Shown here piece by piece: positions 1-8,620 of a stretch of 64,000 nt of DNA (position 1 is its first letter; each line of letters starts with the position of its first letter). Under the pieces are notes generated by a model that worked only from the letters and a program-made list of their open reading frames with translations, searched no databases and was not told where the DNA came from. The position numbers and the translations under genes were made by a program. This DNA comes from Candidatus Omnitrophota bacterium. Lineage in GTDB: Bacteria > Omnitrophota > Gorgyraeia > Aquiviventales > Aquiviventaceae. The DNA is taken from NCBI GenBank assembly GCA_016198905.1, contig JACQHR010000013.1:6153-70152 (forward strand). The letters are read 5' to 3'.

Positions 1-180
1 GCCTTCCTTTAATACGGTGGTCGGATGCTCGGCGCGCTTCAAGATCGTCAGGTTCAACTCGACTACGACGCGCGCCGGCTCAATCTTCAATTGCTCCAGC
101 AGCTGTGTAACCGTCGCGCCCTCAGCAACCTCGCGCGCCTGGCCATTCACCACGATGGAAATTGACATCAATTGCTCCAT
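1..180 (-). CDS. thiS: sulfur-carrier protein ThiS (N-terminal ~60 codons; C-terminus runs off the left edge)
   Basis: Not in the ORF track because it is edge-truncated. My own translation of the minus strand from ATG 180..178 gives MEQLMSISIVVNGQAREVAEGATVTQLLEQLKIEPARVVVELNLTILKRAEHPTTVLKEG-. This fits the ThiS/MoaD beta-grasp pattern (IxVNG...TvxxLL...N..iv.r......L.eGD). The ATG overlaps the dprA stop (ATGA). Confidence 0.7.
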   Translation of the reverse strand, partial: MEQLMSISIVVNGQAREVAEGATVTQLLEQLKIEPARVVVELNLTILKRAEHPTTVLKEG

Positions 181-1283
181 CAGCACCGCACGAACCGCTT
201 GCCCGGCAGCTGGCGCACGGCGCGCTTGAGCTCAAGCTGCATCAGGAGCGCGGAGACCTCGGCCATCGCGAGTCCGCTGGCTGCGGCAATGTGATCCACG
301 TACGACGGCTCACGTTCGCTCAAACACGCGACGATGCACGCTTCTCGATCCGCCGGCTCAACGCGCTCGTGTCGCGTCGCCACGGCTGCGGCGCGCGCCA
401 CGGGTTGCGGCGTTAGGCCAAGCTCATCAAGGATGTCTTCGACGCTCGTGACCATGCGCGCCCCTTGCTTGAGCAGATGGTGCGTGCCCTGCGATGTCGT
501 CGAGGTAATGGGGCCGGGGATCGCGAAGACCTCGCGCCCTTGCTCCAGCGCGCAGTCCACGGTGATCAACGCTCCACTGCGTTGAGAGGCCTCAACGACG
601 ACGACCCCGCGCGACAGGCCGCTGATGATACGGTTGCGCCGAGGAAAGTTGTGCGGCAGCGGTGGCGTGCGCATCGGATATTCCGAGAGCACGGCCCCGC
701 CGGCGGCGATCTTCTCGGCGAGCGGCTCGTGCTCCGCGGGATACATGCGGGCCAGTCCGCTGCCCAGCACCGCCAGCGTGCGCCCTTCAGCCTTGAGCGC
801 GCCCTCGTGGGCGGCCGTATCGATACCGCGCGCCAATCCGGACACGACGGTCACCCCGCGCAAGGCCAAATCATAGCCCAGCCGCTCGGCGCATTGCAGG
901 CCGTAGATGGAGGCTCGACGAGAGCCCACCACGGCGATGGCGACCTCATCAGCCTGAAGCAGCGTGCCTCTGACATAGAGCGCCAGCGGCGGATCCGGAA
1001 TCGTGCGAAGCCACTGCGGATACTCGGCGTCTTCAAGCGTCACGATGTCCACGCCGGCCCGTGTGGCGAGGGTGACTTCTTCGTTCAGCAGCCGTTCATT
1101 GCGACAGCCGCCGGCGATGCGTTGCGCCAGCGCAGGACTGATCCCCTCGACGCGTTGAAGCGCTGACACATCGGCTGCGCACACCCGCTCGAGGCTCTCG
1201 AACATGTCCAGGAGACGGCGCAGGCGCGTGGAGCCGACGTCGGGAACCATATTTAAGAGAATGCAGCGTTCGCGATTCGTCAT
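180..1283 (-). CDS. dprA: DNA-processing protein DprA (Smf)
   Basis: 367-aa ORF. It has an N-terminal SAM-like region and the DprA Rossmann core (VVGSRRASIYG, SGLARGIDTAAHEGAL, VVVVEASQRSGALITV, REVFAIPG). A C-terminal winged-helix tail follows. Confidence 0.9.
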   Translation of the reverse strand: MTNRERCILLNMVPDVGSTRLRRLLDMFESLERVCAADVSALQRVEGISPALAQRIAGGCRNERLLNEEVTLATRAGVDIVTLEDAEYPQWLRTIPDPPLALYVRGTLLQADEVAIAVVGSRRASIYGLQCAERLGYDLALRGVTVVSGLARGIDTAAHEGALKAEGRTLAVLGSGLARMYPAEHEPLAEKIAAGGAVLSEYPMRTPPLPHNFPRRNRIISGLSRGVVVVEASQRSGALITVDCALEQGREVFAIPGPITSTTSQGTHHLLKQGARMVTSVEDILDELGLTPQPVARAAAVATRHERVEPADREACIVACLSEREPSYVDHIAAASGLAMAEVSALLMQLELKRAVRQLPGKRFVRC

Positions 1284-1356
1284 GATCCATCCATTGAGGC
1301 ACTAGCTTACCACACGCCTTGCATCAGAAACAAATTGGAAGCGTTCCGCCGGATAA

Positions 1357-1382
1357 GTCGAGCGAGCGAGTCGAGCGAGCGA
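1357..1382. repeat. 13-bp direct tandem GTCGAGCGAGCGA x2
   Basis: Read directly at 1357-1369 and 1370-1382, in the methyltransferase-dprA gap. Confidence 0.7.
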
Positions 1383-1402
1383 TAGGAAGGAGGCGGCCGC
1401 GC

Positions 1403-2158
1403 TCACGGTGTTGCCGTCATCGGCCAGTCGATGAGCCCTGTCCCCGTATAATGCCCGAACGAGGTCAGGTCGAGTTTCGGAAAAGAGACATTCCTCCAAA
1501 TCTTGAGCATCTTCCATAGCCGGATGTCATCAAAAACCACCAACGGCTTGACGCGAAATGAGACCGTCCGGAGCAAATCGAGCAACGTTTGCTCCATCAC
1601 GCCATCCTTGGCGGCATCAATAAAGATGAAGCCCGCTTCTTGAATCAATGCGTCATGCTTGGAAAACACGGCCGGTTGGGTGAGATCATCGGTGTGAATG
1701 ACAAGCCGGCCATCGCTCAAATCCTCATCGTGCACAATCCCTGACGCGCGTATGGTGGGCAGATCGAGTACATCAAAGGTGACGATCTTCGCATCATCAG
1801 CAAGCGTCTGTTTCATCGCCAGCGCCGACAGGCCCGTGGCTGTGCCGATCTCAATGACGACTTTCGGCTGTAGAGTAGCGATGAGCCCGGCCAGAAGCTT
1901 ATAGTGCTCGCCCGGCCAAATGTCCGGGTAGTACGGAGGCTGCGGCAGCCGCGCTGAGAGATGCTCCAGTGCAATGGTCTGTGCGCGCTGAATGGCGTTC
2001 ACGGCAACTGATATCAGGTATGGTGATGGTTGTGCCGCGTCATCGTCGGCAGAAAACAGCATCGAATATTCCATGTGTCGTGCCTGCACCGGAGGAGCCG
2101 GACGGACTCGCGGGAGTCGTTTCTTGAACATCGTCGACATGGCGCTCATCGTTGCCAT
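1403..2158 (-). CDS. class I SAM-dependent O-methyltransferase (family-3 OMT-like)
   Basis: 251-aa ORF with SAM-binding motif I (VIEIGTATGLSALAM), then KIVTFDV and FIFIDAAKDG. These are typical of caffeoyl-CoA-type OMTs. Confidence 0.65.
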   Translation of the reverse strand: MATMSAMSTMFKKRLPRVRPAPPVQARHMEYSMLFSADDDAAQPSPYLISVAVNAIQRAQTIALEHLSARLPQPPYYPDIWPGEHYKLLAGLIATLQPKVVIEIGTATGLSALAMKQTLADDAKIVTFDVLDLPTIRASGIVHDEDLSDGRLVIHTDDLTQPAVFSKHDALIQEAGFIFIDAAKDGVMEQTLLDLLRTVSFRVKPLVVFDDIRLWKMLKIWRNVSFPKLDLTSFGHYTGTGLIDWPMTATP

Positions 2159-2171
2159 CCTCTGCGCTGTC

Positions 2172-2642
2172 TTATGGAGACCGGCTTGGGAGGCGCGTGA
2201 CGGTCAACAGGCGGGCGCGGTCGTTGAAACAAACGGTAAATTTGGTGAAGAAGCCTGCGCGCCCCATCAAGTTGAAGCCCATCCGCAGCGCATCGGAGAA
2301 TCCGGCCGGCACCAGAAACTCGGTACCCGCAAATCTCACCTTGATGTGCTGGAGATAAATCGGCAGCACGCTGCCGTTGCCGAGAGACACATAGCGCCGC
2401 TTGGCGCGGTTGAGTTTGATTCCCAACAGCTGTGCGACATCCACGTGGAAGACGCTCCACGAGGCCCCGGAATCCACATACGCTTGGAGGTACACCCATC
2501 GGTTGCCGGTCCAAACTTGCAGGTAGACGATCGGCGCGTAGTGCCCGTGCGCGTCTTTCATGTAGGGGAACTCGACATGCTGCAGGCTTGATGACTTCTT
2601 GAAGGACGAACGATCCATCAGGAAAAAATACCCACACCCCAC
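2172..2642 (-). CDS. retropepsin-like (clan AA) aspartic protease domain protein
   Basis: 156-aa ORF with the catalytic-type motif YVDSGASWSVF (D-S-G-A) in a small single-domain protein. The true start may be an internal Met. Confidence 0.5.
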   Translation of the reverse strand: MGCGYFFLMDRSSFKKSSSLQHVEFPYMKDAHGHYAPIVYLQVWTGNRWVYLQAYVDSGASWSVFHVDVAQLLGIKLNRAKRRYVSLGNGSVLPIYLQHIKVRFAGTEFLVPAGFSDALRMGFNLMGRAGFFTKFTVCFNDRARLLTVTRLPSRSP

Positions 2643-2646
2643 ACCT

Positions 2647-2726
2647 CAAGCTGCAAGCTGCAGGCTGTAGACTGCACAGGTATCATGGCCACCTGCGACT
2701 TGTGGCCTGAAGCTTGGGGCCTGAAC
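2647..2726. repeat. paired heptamer arrays (CAAGCTG family)
   Basis: Left array at 2647-2681: caagctg caagctg caggctg tagactg cacaggt. Right array at 2699-2726: cttgtgg cctgaag cttgggg cctgaac. The arms are partly complementary. Confidence 0.75.
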
Positions 2727-2742
2727 CATGGATTGTCAATCA

Positions 2743-3465
2743 TCACAGCGCGGTCAGCGACTCTTCGGCCAGCGGAATGTAGTAGATGCCCGCTTCGCGC
2801 TTGTCGTCGAGCCGATGCGAGGCTTTCTGGTAGGCGTCGAGCTGCGTGTCACCGCACGCGACAATGCGATCATCGACGACGACGATGTATTTGCCGCCGT
2901 AGCGATGCGCCAATGCTCCTGCGTGATCAAGAAGGTACTGCCAGCTCTTGCAGAGATAGGGGCTGACGTGCTCCCAAATCCGCTCCACCGTCTCGTCGAC
3001 GGAGAGGCCGCTCGTGTCGATCGTCAAATCCGCCTTGGCATAGGCCGCGGCGCGCTCCTGCATGAGCGACCGGATGCGCGAAAGCGGGTTGGCGTGGCTC
3101 TTCTCGAGCATCGGCCGCATGGCCGGCTTGCGCCCCACGCGCGAGAGAATCACCGCCGGGCGCGCAGTCAGACACACCACGAGACCGCTGGCGCGCAATC
3201 GCGCGCGGTTTTGCGGGTCAACGACTGCGCCGCCACCGGTGGCGATCACCTGATGATGACCATGGATGACGCGGCCGATGCAGCGCCGCTCCATCCGACG
3301 GAACACCGGCTCCCCGCGTTCGGCGAAGATGCGCGCAATCGGTATCTTGGCCCGCGCTTCAATGAGCTGATCGACATCGACAAACTCCCATCCGAGCCGC
3401 TTGGCCAGCCGTTTGCCGACCGTGGTCTTGCCTGTGCCCATGAATCCGATCAGGATCACGTTCAT
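2743..3465 (-). CDS. aroK: shikimate kinase with an extra ~75-aa C-terminal domain
   Basis: MNVILIGFMGTGKTTVGKRLAKRLGWEFVDVDQLIE contains the Walker A motif and a shikimate-kinase N-terminus. I chose the start at ATG 3465, because the ORF-track start at 3492 is a GTG inside the heptamer array. The C-terminal part (KSWQYLLDH...GKYIVVVDDRIVACGDTQLDAYQKA...) is not part of AroK. Confidence 0.85.
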   Translation of the reverse strand: MNVILIGFMGTGKTTVGKRLAKRLGWEFVDVDQLIEARAKIPIARIFAERGEPVFRRMERRCIGRVIHGHHQVIATGGGAVVDPQNRARLRASGLVVCLTARPAVILSRVGRKPAMRPMLEKSHANPLSRIRSLMQERAAAYAKADLTIDTSGLSVDETVERIWEHVSPYLCKSWQYLLDHAGALAHRYGGKYIVVVDDRIVACGDTQLDAYQKASHRLDDKREAGIYYIPLAEESLTAL

Positions 3466-3539
3466 CGCGACAGCACACAGCAGACAGCACACAGCAGACA
3501 GTAAAATCGTTCAACTCGCTCTCGTCCCTTTTGGTTCAT
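3462..3539 (-). CDS. candidate 25-codon upstream ORF (leader peptide) translationally coupled to aroK
   Basis: My own translation gives ATG at 3539 preceded by AAGAGGAAAG, with GAGGA 8 nt upstream. The peptide is MNQKGRERVERFYCLLCAVCCVLSR. The stop TGA (3464..3462) overlaps the aroK ATG (ATGA). The 3' half is encoded by the heptamer array. It is too short for the ORF track. Confidence 0.25.
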   Translation of the reverse strand: MNQKGRERVERFYCLLCAVCCVLSR

Positions 3540-3598
3540 CTTTGCTTTCCTCTTACTCAACGCACATTCTGTGTGCTGTGTGCTTAGTGCTGTTTGCT
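3471..3598. repeat. inverted heptamer arrays (CAGCACA / CTGTGTG) flanking a ~67-nt spacer
   Basis: Left array at 3471-3501: cagcaca cagcaga cagcaca cagcaga cag. Right array at 3569-3598: ctgtgtg ctgtgtg cttagtg ctgtttg. The reverse complement of the right arm matches the left arm at most positions. Confidence 0.85.
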
Positions 3599-4721
3599 AG
3601 AACTGTCGGATGTGCTTCAGGTAGCTCTGATGGTTCCGCTGCACTTCGCGCAGGCTGTCGCCGCCGAATTTCTCCAGCATCGCCTTTGCGAGTTCAAACG
3701 CGATCATCGCCTCGCCGACTACACCGGCGGCGGGCACGGTCGTCACATCGGAGCGCTCCACCGTCGCCACAACCGGCCGCTTCGTGTTGATGTCCACGGA
3801 ACGTAACGGCTTGCGCAGCGTCGAGAGCGGCTTGAGGAATCCGCGCACGATAATCGGCTGGCCCGTGGTCATGCCGCCTTCGAATCCGCCCGCGCGGTTC
3901 GCGGATCGGTAGAAGCCTCGCGCCTTCGTGTAGAAAATTTCATCTTGGACCTTGGAGCCCGGTAGCGATGCGGCTAAGACGCCATCGCCGACTTCCACCG
4001 CTTTGACGGCGTGGATGGAGAGAATCGTCCCGCCCAGAATCGCGTCAAGGCGGCGATCGTAGTGGGCGTAGCTGCCTAATCCGGGTGGTGCGCCCTCAAC
4101 CAGCACCTCGAAGATGCCGCCCAGCGTGTCGCCGGCTTTCACGCACGCATCGATGGCTCGCATCATCCGCTTGGTGGCCGCCGCATCGAGACAGCGCAGC
4201 GGTGTGGGCTCGGCCTTGCGGCGAATCATCGCGATGGTCGCCTGTGCCGATTTCGCACGCACCGAGCCAAGCGCCACCACATGACTGGCAAGTTCCATTC
4301 CTAATGGGCAGAGCAATTGCTTGCACAAGGCGCCGACGGCGACGCGCGCCGCGGTTTCGCGCGCGCTGGCCCGCTCGAGGACATTGCGGATATCGCGGTG
4401 GTCGTACTTCATCGCTCCGGTTAAATCCGCGTGGCCTGGCCGCGGCTGTGTGACGACGGGCAATCGATCGATCGAAGCGTCCTTATTCTTGATCGCCATC
4501 GCGATGGGGCTGCCCAGCGTGATGCCCCGTCGCACACCGGCAAGGATTTCCACGGTGTCGGTTTCAAACTGCATGCGTGGCCCGCGTCCATACCCCAACT
4601 GGCGTCGGCGCATCTCGGCTTGCATCACCGCCGCATCGATGGGCACGCCGGCCGGCATGCCTTCCACCGTCGCCACCAAGTACGGGCCGTGCGATTCACC
4701 TGCCGTCAGAAATCGTAGCAT
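3597..4721 (-). CDS. aroC: chorismate synthase
   Basis: [25 protein letters not shown]..., plus [11 protein letters not shown] and [11 protein letters not shown] prefer the start at Met9 of the ORF (4721). The upstream Met at 4745 lies in the GCCACGTG repeat. Confidence 0.93.
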   Translation of the reverse strand: MLRFLTAGESHGPYLVATVEGMPAGVPIDAAVMQAEMRRRQLGYGRGPRMQFETDTVEILAGVRRGITLGSPIAMAIKNKDASIDRLPVVTQPRPGHADLTGAMKYDHRDIRNVLERASARETAARVAVGALCKQLLCPLGMELASHVVALGSVRAKSAQATIAMIRRKAEPTPLRCLDAAATKRMMRAIDACVKAGDTLGGIFEVLVEGAPPGLGSYAHYDRRLDAILGGTILSIHAVKAVEVGDGVLAASLPGSKVQDEIFYTKARGFYRSANRAGGFEGGMTTGQPIIVRGFLKPLSTLRKPLRSVDINTKRPVVATVERSDVTTVPAAGVVGEAMIAFELAKAMLEKFGGDSLREVQRNHQSYLKHIRQF

Positions 4722-4732
4722 CGAATAGTCCC

Positions 4733-4756
4733 GCCACGTGGCCACGTGGCCACGTG
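4733..4756. repeat. GCCACGTG x3 perfect 8-bp tandem (self-complementary CCACGTGG core)
   Basis: Read directly, in the pilD-aroC gap. Confidence 0.85.
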
Positions 4757-4781
4757 ACCACTGTGTCTCACTTGTTTCATG

Positions 4782-5606
4782 TCAACGCCACCCATAGTAG
4801 CTCCACAAGAGTCGGACCGTTTCCTCCACGCCTGTCGCGCGGAGGATCGCATTACCCTGAAAGAGTGCCACGATCAACCCCAAGGACAAAAACGGCCCAA
4901 ACGGAATGACGTGTGATTTTTTCATGAGCAGCACAAAGAGTCCTGGGATGAGTGCCAACATCGGGGCCAGGAAAAACGTCAGCGCGACCAGTTTCCATCC
5001 GAGGATCGAGCCGGCCATCGCCAGCAGCTTGATGTCCCCGCCCCCCATGCTCTCCTTGCGAAACACCACGTCGCCCAGCAGCCCGGTGCCGTACAAGAGC
5101 CCGCCGCCGACCAGCATCCCCACGATCGAGGAGCGAAATGAAAAGAATCGCGAATCGGTGCCGTGCAGCGCCGGCAGCGCCACGCTGAGGGCGAGCCCGA
5201 TCACGAGCCCGCCCAGGCTGATCTCATCCGGAATGATTTGGAACTCGAAATCAATGAAACTGGCCACGATCAGCGCGTACACAAACGCGAGATAAATGAG
5301 GCCGATGACCGTGACGCCAAATCGCTCGAAGATCGCTACCGTAGCCGCACCGGTCAGCGCTTCCACCACCGGATAGCGCCACAAGATCGAAGCGCGGCAC
5401 TGGCGACACGCCCCGCCCAGCACCACGTAGCTGACGAGCGGGAGATTGTCATACCACGCAATGGGCTTTTCGCAATGAGGACAGCGGGAGCCCGGGAACA
5501 CGATCGACTCTTCGCGCGGCATCCGGTAAATGCACACGTTGAGGAAACTGCCCAGGCAGCCGCCGAGCGCAAACCAAATGACCCACCACACCTCGTGCGG
5601 GATCAC
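4782..5606 (-). CDS. pilD: prepilin peptidase (A24 family, type IV leader peptidase/N-methyltransferase)
   Basis: 274 aa. It has the Zn-binding CPHCEKPIAWYDNLPLVSYVVLGGACRQCRASI, a multi-TM layout, and the two catalytic Asp regions (FIDFEFQIIPD; GGGDIKLLA). Confidence 0.9.
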   Translation of the reverse strand: MIPHEVWWVIWFALGGCLGSFLNVCIYRMPREESIVFPGSRCPHCEKPIAWYDNLPLVSYVVLGGACRQCRASILWRYPVVEALTGAATVAIFERFGVTVIGLIYLAFVYALIVASFIDFEFQIIPDEISLGGLVIGLALSVALPALHGTDSRFFSFRSSIVGMLVGGGLLYGTGLLGDVVFRKESMGGGDIKLLAMAGSILGWKLVALTFFLAPMLALIPGLFVLLMKKSHVIPFGPFLSLGLIVALFQGNAILRATGVEETVRLLWSYYGWR

Positions 5607-5661
5607 GATGTCATCCGTCTGCTCTGGTCCCGGTCATGGCCTGGCACGTGAAAGGTGGTAA

Positions 5662-6522
5662 TCATGACATCGCCCGAACAGCCCGCTCAAGAGCGTGTCG
5701 CATGACGCGGATGGGCGGCTCACGACGCAGCCACAAACGAAGCGATTCGGCACCTTGGTATAGTAGCATCGGAATCCCGTCGATCGCAAGCGCGCCACGC
5801 GCCCGGGCCGCTCGCACGAGCGCGGTCGTGGGCCGTCGGTAGACAAGATCGAACACGGCCAGACGCTTGTGGATGGCTTGTGGATCCACCGGCAGCGGAT
5901 CCTTCGGGCGCAGGCCAAGCGTCGTCGCGTTGACCAGCAAGGTGGAGTGCTCCAGCAACCTGCTCACTGCTCGTCGTTCGAAGGGCACGGTGGTAATCAT
6001 GCCTCCGGAAGAGCTGGCCTGCAGCCAATGGACAAACTGGGCCGCTCGTGCCGGCGTGCGATTCACAACGAAAATGGTCCGCGGACGCATCGACAGCAAC
6101 GCCCATCCCACGGCGCGCGCCGCTCCTCCGGCCCCCAATAGGACCACTTGCTGATCCCGGCAATTGCAGCCAAGATCTTCCTTCAGCGCCCGCCGGAATC
6201 CTTCAACATCGGTATTGTGCCCGACGAAGCGGCCCTCCTTGCGCACCAGCGTATTCACCGCGCCGATTGCCTTCGCCTCCGATGCGACACCCCGTTGAGG
6301 ATCGAGATGTCGCAGGATGTGTTGCTTGTGCGGCACGGTGACGTTGAGACCATCGACACCCGCTAACTCGAGGGCGCGCACGACAGGCTCGAGAAAGCGC
6401 GGCGGCACGTCGAAGGGCGTGTAGAACGCGTCTAGCCGCATCGCCCGCAAGGCCGCGGTGTGCATCGCGGGTGAGAGACTGTGGCTGACTGGATGACCGA
6501 GAATGCCGAAGAGGCGCGTCAT
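5662..6522 (-). CDS. aroE: shikimate dehydrogenase
   Basis: MTRLFGILGHPVSHSLSPAMHTAA..., NVTVPHK, NTD and LLGAGGAARAV. I chose the start at ATG 6522. The longer ORF start lies inside the heptamer array. Confidence 0.9.
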   Translation of the reverse strand: MTRLFGILGHPVSHSLSPAMHTAALRAMRLDAFYTPFDVPPRFLEPVVRALELAGVDGLNVTVPHKQHILRHLDPQRGVASEAKAIGAVNTLVRKEGRFVGHNTDVEGFRRALKEDLGCNCRDQQVVLLGAGGAARAVGWALLSMRPRTIFVVNRTPARAAQFVHWLQASSSGGMITTVPFERRAVSRLLEHSTLLVNATTLGLRPKDPLPVDPQAIHKRLAVFDLVYRRPTTALVRAARARGALAIDGIPMLLYQGAESLRLWLRREPPIRVMRHALERAVRAMS

Positions 6523-6529
6523 CAGAGAA

Positions 6530-6625
6530 GCACACAGCACACGGCACACAGCACACAGGATGGCCGAACGAAGAGGTTACGTTGCGTTTCCTGCTGTCTG
6601 CTGTCTGCTGTTTGCTGTCTGCTGC
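6530..6625. repeat. inverted heptamer arrays (GCACACA / CTGCTGT)
   Basis: Left array at 6530-6557: gcacaca gcacacg gcacaca gcacaca. Right array at 6591-6625: ctgctgt x3, ttgctgt, ctgctgc. There is roughly one mismatch per unit when the arms are paired. Confidence 0.85.
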
Positions 6626-6628
6626 GGT

Positions 6629-8179
6629 TCACGGATGCAGCGCTTGGCGGCGCTTGAGGTAGGCCTGACGCGTCGTCGAGGAAATAAGCTTGTTCACGGC
6701 GTTCAGATACGCTTTCGCCGAGGCCTCGATGACGTCGGTCGACGTTCCACGCCCGCCCACCTCAATGTGCCGGTAGCGCAGTTTCAGCGAGACTTCACCG
6801 AGCGCATCTTTGCCCTTCGTCACCGCGTGGAGGCTGTAATCCACCAGCTCAGGCGACACACCGGTGAGCCGATCAATCGTCTTATAGCACGCATCCACCG
6901 GCCCATCGCCGCAGGCGGCGTCTTGCAGCTCTTTGCCGTCCTTCACCAGACGAATCGTCGCTGTTGGGACGGTATCGCTGCCCGAGGCGGTGTGCACGTA
7001 GACGAGCTTGTAGGTTTCCTGCTCCGGCGGCATGTCCTCTTCGATGATCGCAGCCAAATCCTCGTCGAAAACTTCCTTCTTCTTATCGGCCAGCACCTTG
7101 AAGCGCTCAAAGGCGCGATCCAGCTCCGCTTTCGAGAGGCGAAAGCCCAAGGCACCCAGACGCTTCGCAAACGCGTGGCGGCCGGAGAGCTTGCCCAACA
7201 CCAGCGTGCTGTCCGCCAAGCCGATATCCTGCGGACGCATGATTTCATACGTCGCGCGATGCTTGAGCATCCCATCCTGATGGATGCCGGACTCGTGGCG
7301 AAACGCGTTCTCACCGACGATCGCCTTGTTCGGCTGCACGACGATGCCGGTGAGGCTGCTGACCAGCCGCGACGTTTTGTGGATCTGCCGCGTGTCGATG
7401 CCGGTCGTCGCCCGGTAGAAATCCTGGCGGATCTTCAAGGACATGACGATCTCTTCGAGCGAGGCGTTCCCCGCCCGCTCGCCGATGCCGTTGATCGTGC
7501 ACTCGACTTGGCCCGCCCCGTTCGAGATGGCGGCCAATGAGTTCGGCACCGACAGCCCCAGGTCATTGTGACAATGCACGCTGATCGTCGCGTCCTCGAT
7601 GTTCACGACGTGCTCGGTGATCCCGTTGATGAGTGCCCCGAACTCCTCTGGAATTGCAAACCCAACGGTATCCGGAATGTTCACCGTCGTCGCTCCGGCT
7701 TTGATCACCGCCTCGAGCACTTGGTACAGGAACTCCGGCTCGGTGCGCGAGGCATCCTCAGGCGAAAACTCCACGTCTGTGCTGTACTTCTTCGCGTAGG
7801 TCACCGCCCACACCGCTTGGCGCAGAATCTCGGCTTGCGCTTTGTGGAGCTTGTACTTGCGATGGATCGGCGAGGTCGCCAGGAAGACGTGGATGCGTTT
7901 CTTCTTCGCCGGCGCCAACGCCGCTGCGGCCGCATCGATATCGGGGGCCAGTGAGCGCGCCAACGCGGCGATCGTCGGGCCTTTGATCGTCTGCGCGATC
8001 ATCTTGACCGCTTGCCGATCACCGGGCGAAGCCAGCGGAAATCCGCCTTCAATCACGTCGACACCCAAGCGCGCGAGCTGCTTGGCGATCTCCAGTTTCT
8101 CCGGCGGCGTTAAACTCGCTCCGGGACATTGTTCGCCATCGCGTAAGGTGGTATCGAAGATAACAATACGTCGTGACAT
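6629..8179 (-). CDS. leuA: 2-isopropylmalate synthase
   Basis: [17 protein letters not shown]..., HCHNDLGL, and a C-terminal LeuA dimerisation/regulatory domain. ATG 8179 is preceded by GGAGAA. The ORF-track start at 8200 adds 7 aa. Confidence 0.93.
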   Translation of the reverse strand: MSRRIVIFDTTLRDGEQCPGASLTPPEKLEIAKQLARLGVDVIEGGFPLASPGDRQAVKMIAQTIKGPTIAALARSLAPDIDAAAAALAPAKKKRIHVFLATSPIHRKYKLHKAQAEILRQAVWAVTYAKKYSTDVEFSPEDASRTEPEFLYQVLEAVIKAGATTVNIPDTVGFAIPEEFGALINGITEHVVNIEDATISVHCHNDLGLSVPNSLAAISNGAGQVECTINGIGERAGNASLEEIVMSLKIRQDFYRATTGIDTRQIHKTSRLVSSLTGIVVQPNKAIVGENAFRHESGIHQDGMLKHRATYEIMRPQDIGLADSTLVLGKLSGRHAFAKRLGALGFRLSKAELDRAFERFKVLADKKKEVFDEDLAAIIEEDMPPEQETYKLVYVHTASGSDTVPTATIRLVKDGKELQDAACGDGPVDACYKTIDRLTGVSPELVDYSLHAVTKGKDALGEVSLKLRYRHIEVGGRGTSTDVIEASAKAYLNAVNKLISSTTRQAYLKRRQALHP

Positions 8180-8199
8180 TTCGTCTTCTCCTACGGACA

Positions 8200-8270
8200 T
8201 TTTGGATTTTGGATTTTTGATTTTGGATTGGACTGGTCATCTAAAATCCAAAATCGAAAATCTGAAATGC
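8200..8270. repeat. inverted heptamer arrays (TTTTGGA / AAAATCC) forming a hairpin
   Basis: Left array at 8200-8232: ttttgga ttttgga tttttga ttttgga ttgga. The loop is actggtcatct. Right array at 8243-8270: aaaatcc aaaatcg aaaatct gaaatgc. Confidence 0.85.
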
Positions 8271-8279
8271 GCTTGGATA

Positions 8280-8582
8280 TCATTCGTCGACGCCGCCCTC
8301 TTCGAGATACGGTTCGATGAGATCCAATAACGCATCCAAGGTTGAGATCAGCGCATGCTCCTCCTCGCGGAGGAGAAGCTGGCGGACCTGGGCAAGATCG
8401 ACCCGTTTTCGAATGATGAGCTCAGAGAGCGCATTGGCCAAGTCGCCGCGCTGTGCGGTGTTCGCTTCATGATACTGCCGCAGCGCTTCGATAAAGAGAT
8501 TTGGCTCTTGGATGTTCTGCTCAAACATCGACATGATAATACCGACTACCTCATCCATTTCATACGCCGCTGCTTGTGACAA
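8280..8582 (-). CDS. hypothetical small acidic helical protein
   Basis: 100-aa ORF in a co-directional gap with coding-like composition. I recognise no motif. Confidence 0.45.
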   Translation of the reverse strand: MSQAAAYEMDEVVGIIMSMFEQNIQEPNLFIEALRQYHEANTAQRGDLANALSELIIRKRVDLAQVRQLLLREEEHALISTLDALLDLIEPYLEEGGVDE

Positions 8583-8620
8583 ACTGCATCTTCACTCCAA
8601 CCGAGAACGAGTTAACGAAC

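Noticed and set aside
3466-3492. N-terminal extensions in the ORF track rich in Cys/Leu (MCCLLCAVAM-, MCRVLCASLM-, [17 protein letters not shown]-, MLSAAKM-)
   Set aside because: These come from GTG/TTG codons inside heptamer arrays. Conserved protein N-termini begin at the downstream ATGs: aroK 3465, aroE 6522, ispF 22022 and pcrA 59227.
8049-8240. 63-aa ORF MTSPIQNQKSKIQN... and other small ORFs reading through arrays
   Set aside because: It overlaps the leuA 5' end out of frame. Its sequence is dictated by the TTTTGGA repeat, and it has no SD.
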